A stretch of DNA of 46,305 bases from positions 1 to 46,305 of the forward strand of contig JAXDME010000278.1 of NCBI GenBank assembly GCA_034666285.1, in the 5' to 3' direction. The DNA comes from Gemmatimonadaceae bacterium. GTDB lineage: Bacteria > Gemmatimonadota > Gemmatimonadetes > Gemmatimonadales > Gemmatimonadaceae. The translations under genes were made by a program, and so were the position numbers. Below, piece after piece: positions 44,970 through 46,305 of the stretch. Below the pieces are notes generated by a model, which saw only the letters and a program-made list of their open reading frames with translations, did not search any database and was not told where the DNA came from. Positions within the stretch are counted from its first letter, which is position 1. Each line of letters begins with the position of its first letter.

Positions 44970-46305
44970 ATGCTGCCTCTTCTCGCCGCCATCGTCTTTG
45001 CACAGTCCAGCATCACACTCCAGATCGGCAAGGAGAAGCAGGACAGTGTCGCCCGGGCGAAGCGTGATTCCATAGCGTTCATGCGGGATGAGCACCGGGA
45101 TTCCATGATGGTGAAGGCGCGAGTGAGAGATTCGATCCGCAAAGCGCTGCGGATCGCAAGGCGTCCTCAGGTGACACCCGCAATTCTGGCCTCGGCATTC
45201 AAGGACCCGCGCGCGAGAGATCTTCTCCTCCAGGCGCGCCAGGCGAGGCTCATCCAGGATTCCACGCTCACGGCTTACGATGCGAGCACGTATGCGCGTT
45301 TTTCCGTCGGAATGGGATTCAAGCGGATCGGCCGCGACCGCCTCTTGATGCGCGCCGAGCACTCCGCGCACGTGATGTGGCAGCGCGACAAGGGCGCGGT
45401 GATCGAAGTAACTGGCCAGCGCAGCGCATTGCCGATGATCGAAGGAATCGGAAAAGGGGACATCAATCTCTGCTGTGGTGGCGACATTCCTTATACGCCC
45501 GGCCGTGAGACTCTTTGGATCGGCCCCGGGGTCGCCAAGGTGGATGTGAGCGAGGATGAGATCATTCATCCACTCGCCGCTGGCGCGGAAGCGTACTACA
45601 CCTACGCCTCAGGCGATTCAGTCAGCTTTCAACTGCCAGGCGACAAGCGCATCGAGCTCCGCGAGCTCCTGATTCGCCCACGTCAGCCCAAATGGAATGT
45701 GGCGGTTGGCTCTCTCTGGTTCGACGCATCCACCGGACATCTCGTGCGCGCCGTCTATCGCATGGCGCAGGAGATGGACATCATGGCCGTCGCCAAGGAG
45801 ACGAGCGAAGACTCGAAGGACCCGGAAGACGACATACCGCGCTGGGTGAAGCCGATGATCACGCCGATGAAGGCGATGGTGAGCGCGGTAACGGTAGAGT
45901 ATGGGCTCCACGAGGGAAGATTCTGGCTGCCGCGCGCGCAGACGATCGAAGGCGATGCACAGGTCAGCTTCATGCGGATTCCGTTCAAGCTCGAGCAGAA
46001 GTTCAGCTACGCAAGTGTGAATGGAACCAACCCCATCCCCGATCTTGTGATTGCGGTCGGCGACACTGCGCGGGACTCGGCCTCGCGCGCCGCCCGACGA
46101 GAGCGCCGAACCTCCGAATGCAACAACGCAACGGAGCGGGTTCGCATGCGATACAGGGAGAATGAGACTCTGCGCGTCCGCGTGGTCACTCCGTGCGATT
46201 CGATAGCTCTCGCGCGCTCGCCCGACCTTCCGAAGTCGATCTACGACGATGGTGAGGAAATGTTCGGATCCGCCGAGCGCGACGCGCTCGTCTCGGAAGC
46301 GCTGA
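44970..46305 (+). CDS. Large exported hypothetical protein, truncated by right edge
   Basis: Not in the ORF track (no stop). Reads open from ATG 44970 (MLPLLAAIVFAQSS...) to the window end; contains IHPLA.GAE.YY.Y.SGDS, GSLWFD, GRFWLP. Confidence 0.75.
   Translation, partial: MLPLLAAIVFAQSSITLQIGKEKQDSVARAKRDSIAFMRDEHRDSMMVKARVRDSIRKALRIARRPQVTPAILASAFKDPRARDLLLQARQARLIQDSTLTAYDASTYARFSVGMGFKRIGRDRLLMRAEHSAHVMWQRDKGAVIEVTGQRSALPMIEGIGKGDINLCCGGDIPYTPGRETLWIGPGVAKVDVSEDEIIHPLAAGAEAYYTYASGDSVSFQLPGDKRIELRELLIRPRQPKWNVAVGSLWFDASTGHLVRAVYRMAQEMDIMAVAKETSEDSKDPEDDIPRWVKPMITPMKAMVSAVTVEYGLHEGRFWLPRAQTIEGDAQVSFMRIPFKLEQKFSYASVNGTNPIPDLVIAVGDTARDSASRAARRERRTSECNNATERVRMRYRENETLRVRVVTPCDSIALARSPDLPKSIYDDGEEMFGSAERDALVSEAL

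Overview
High-GC, gene-dense bacterial window (about 40 CDS). It looks diderm, and the protein types at the right end suggest Gemmatimonadota (inference only). I found no rRNA, tRNA, CRISPR array, integrase or transposase. Positions ~1-36.3 kb read as a redox/stress and signalling region with five parts. (i) A + strand run: TolC, RND pump, MFP, sorbosone/PQQ-type dehydrogenase, small membrane protein, cydA, cydB, DUF2474-like peptide and a CrtC-like protein. (ii) A long - strand run: FixJ-like regulator, stand-alone receiver, DUF4136 lipoprotein, Dps, lipoprotein multicopper oxidase, a cytochrome c/beta-barrel-like fusion, a pentaheme cytochrome c and a 1970-aa kinase-like/AAA/GAF/PAS/histidine kinase. 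(iii) Two more histidine kinases followed by two oxidoreductases. (iv) An operon of hydrolase, cNMP/thioredoxin-reductase-like protein, Mo-oxidoreductase, FNR-like reductase and UBP zinc finger. (v) terC, tag, peroxiredoxin and DsbA-like genes. From ~36.3 kb the genes are CRTAC1-like, galM, a GH-A glycoside hydrolase, EamA, arfB, an ABC-2 exporter, an OM beta-barrel and a truncated large exported protein. There are two main candidates for something undescribed. One is the cytochrome-barrel + pentaheme cytochrome + multicopper oxidase + Dps module, a possible envelope-spanning metal-redox system. The other is a recurring palindromic site TCNYAC-N4-GTANGA, often in 15-bp-period tandems and once within a perfect 30-bp palindrome, found in six intergenic regions, which suggests a local regulon. 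All family calls come from motif recognition by eye; no searches were run.
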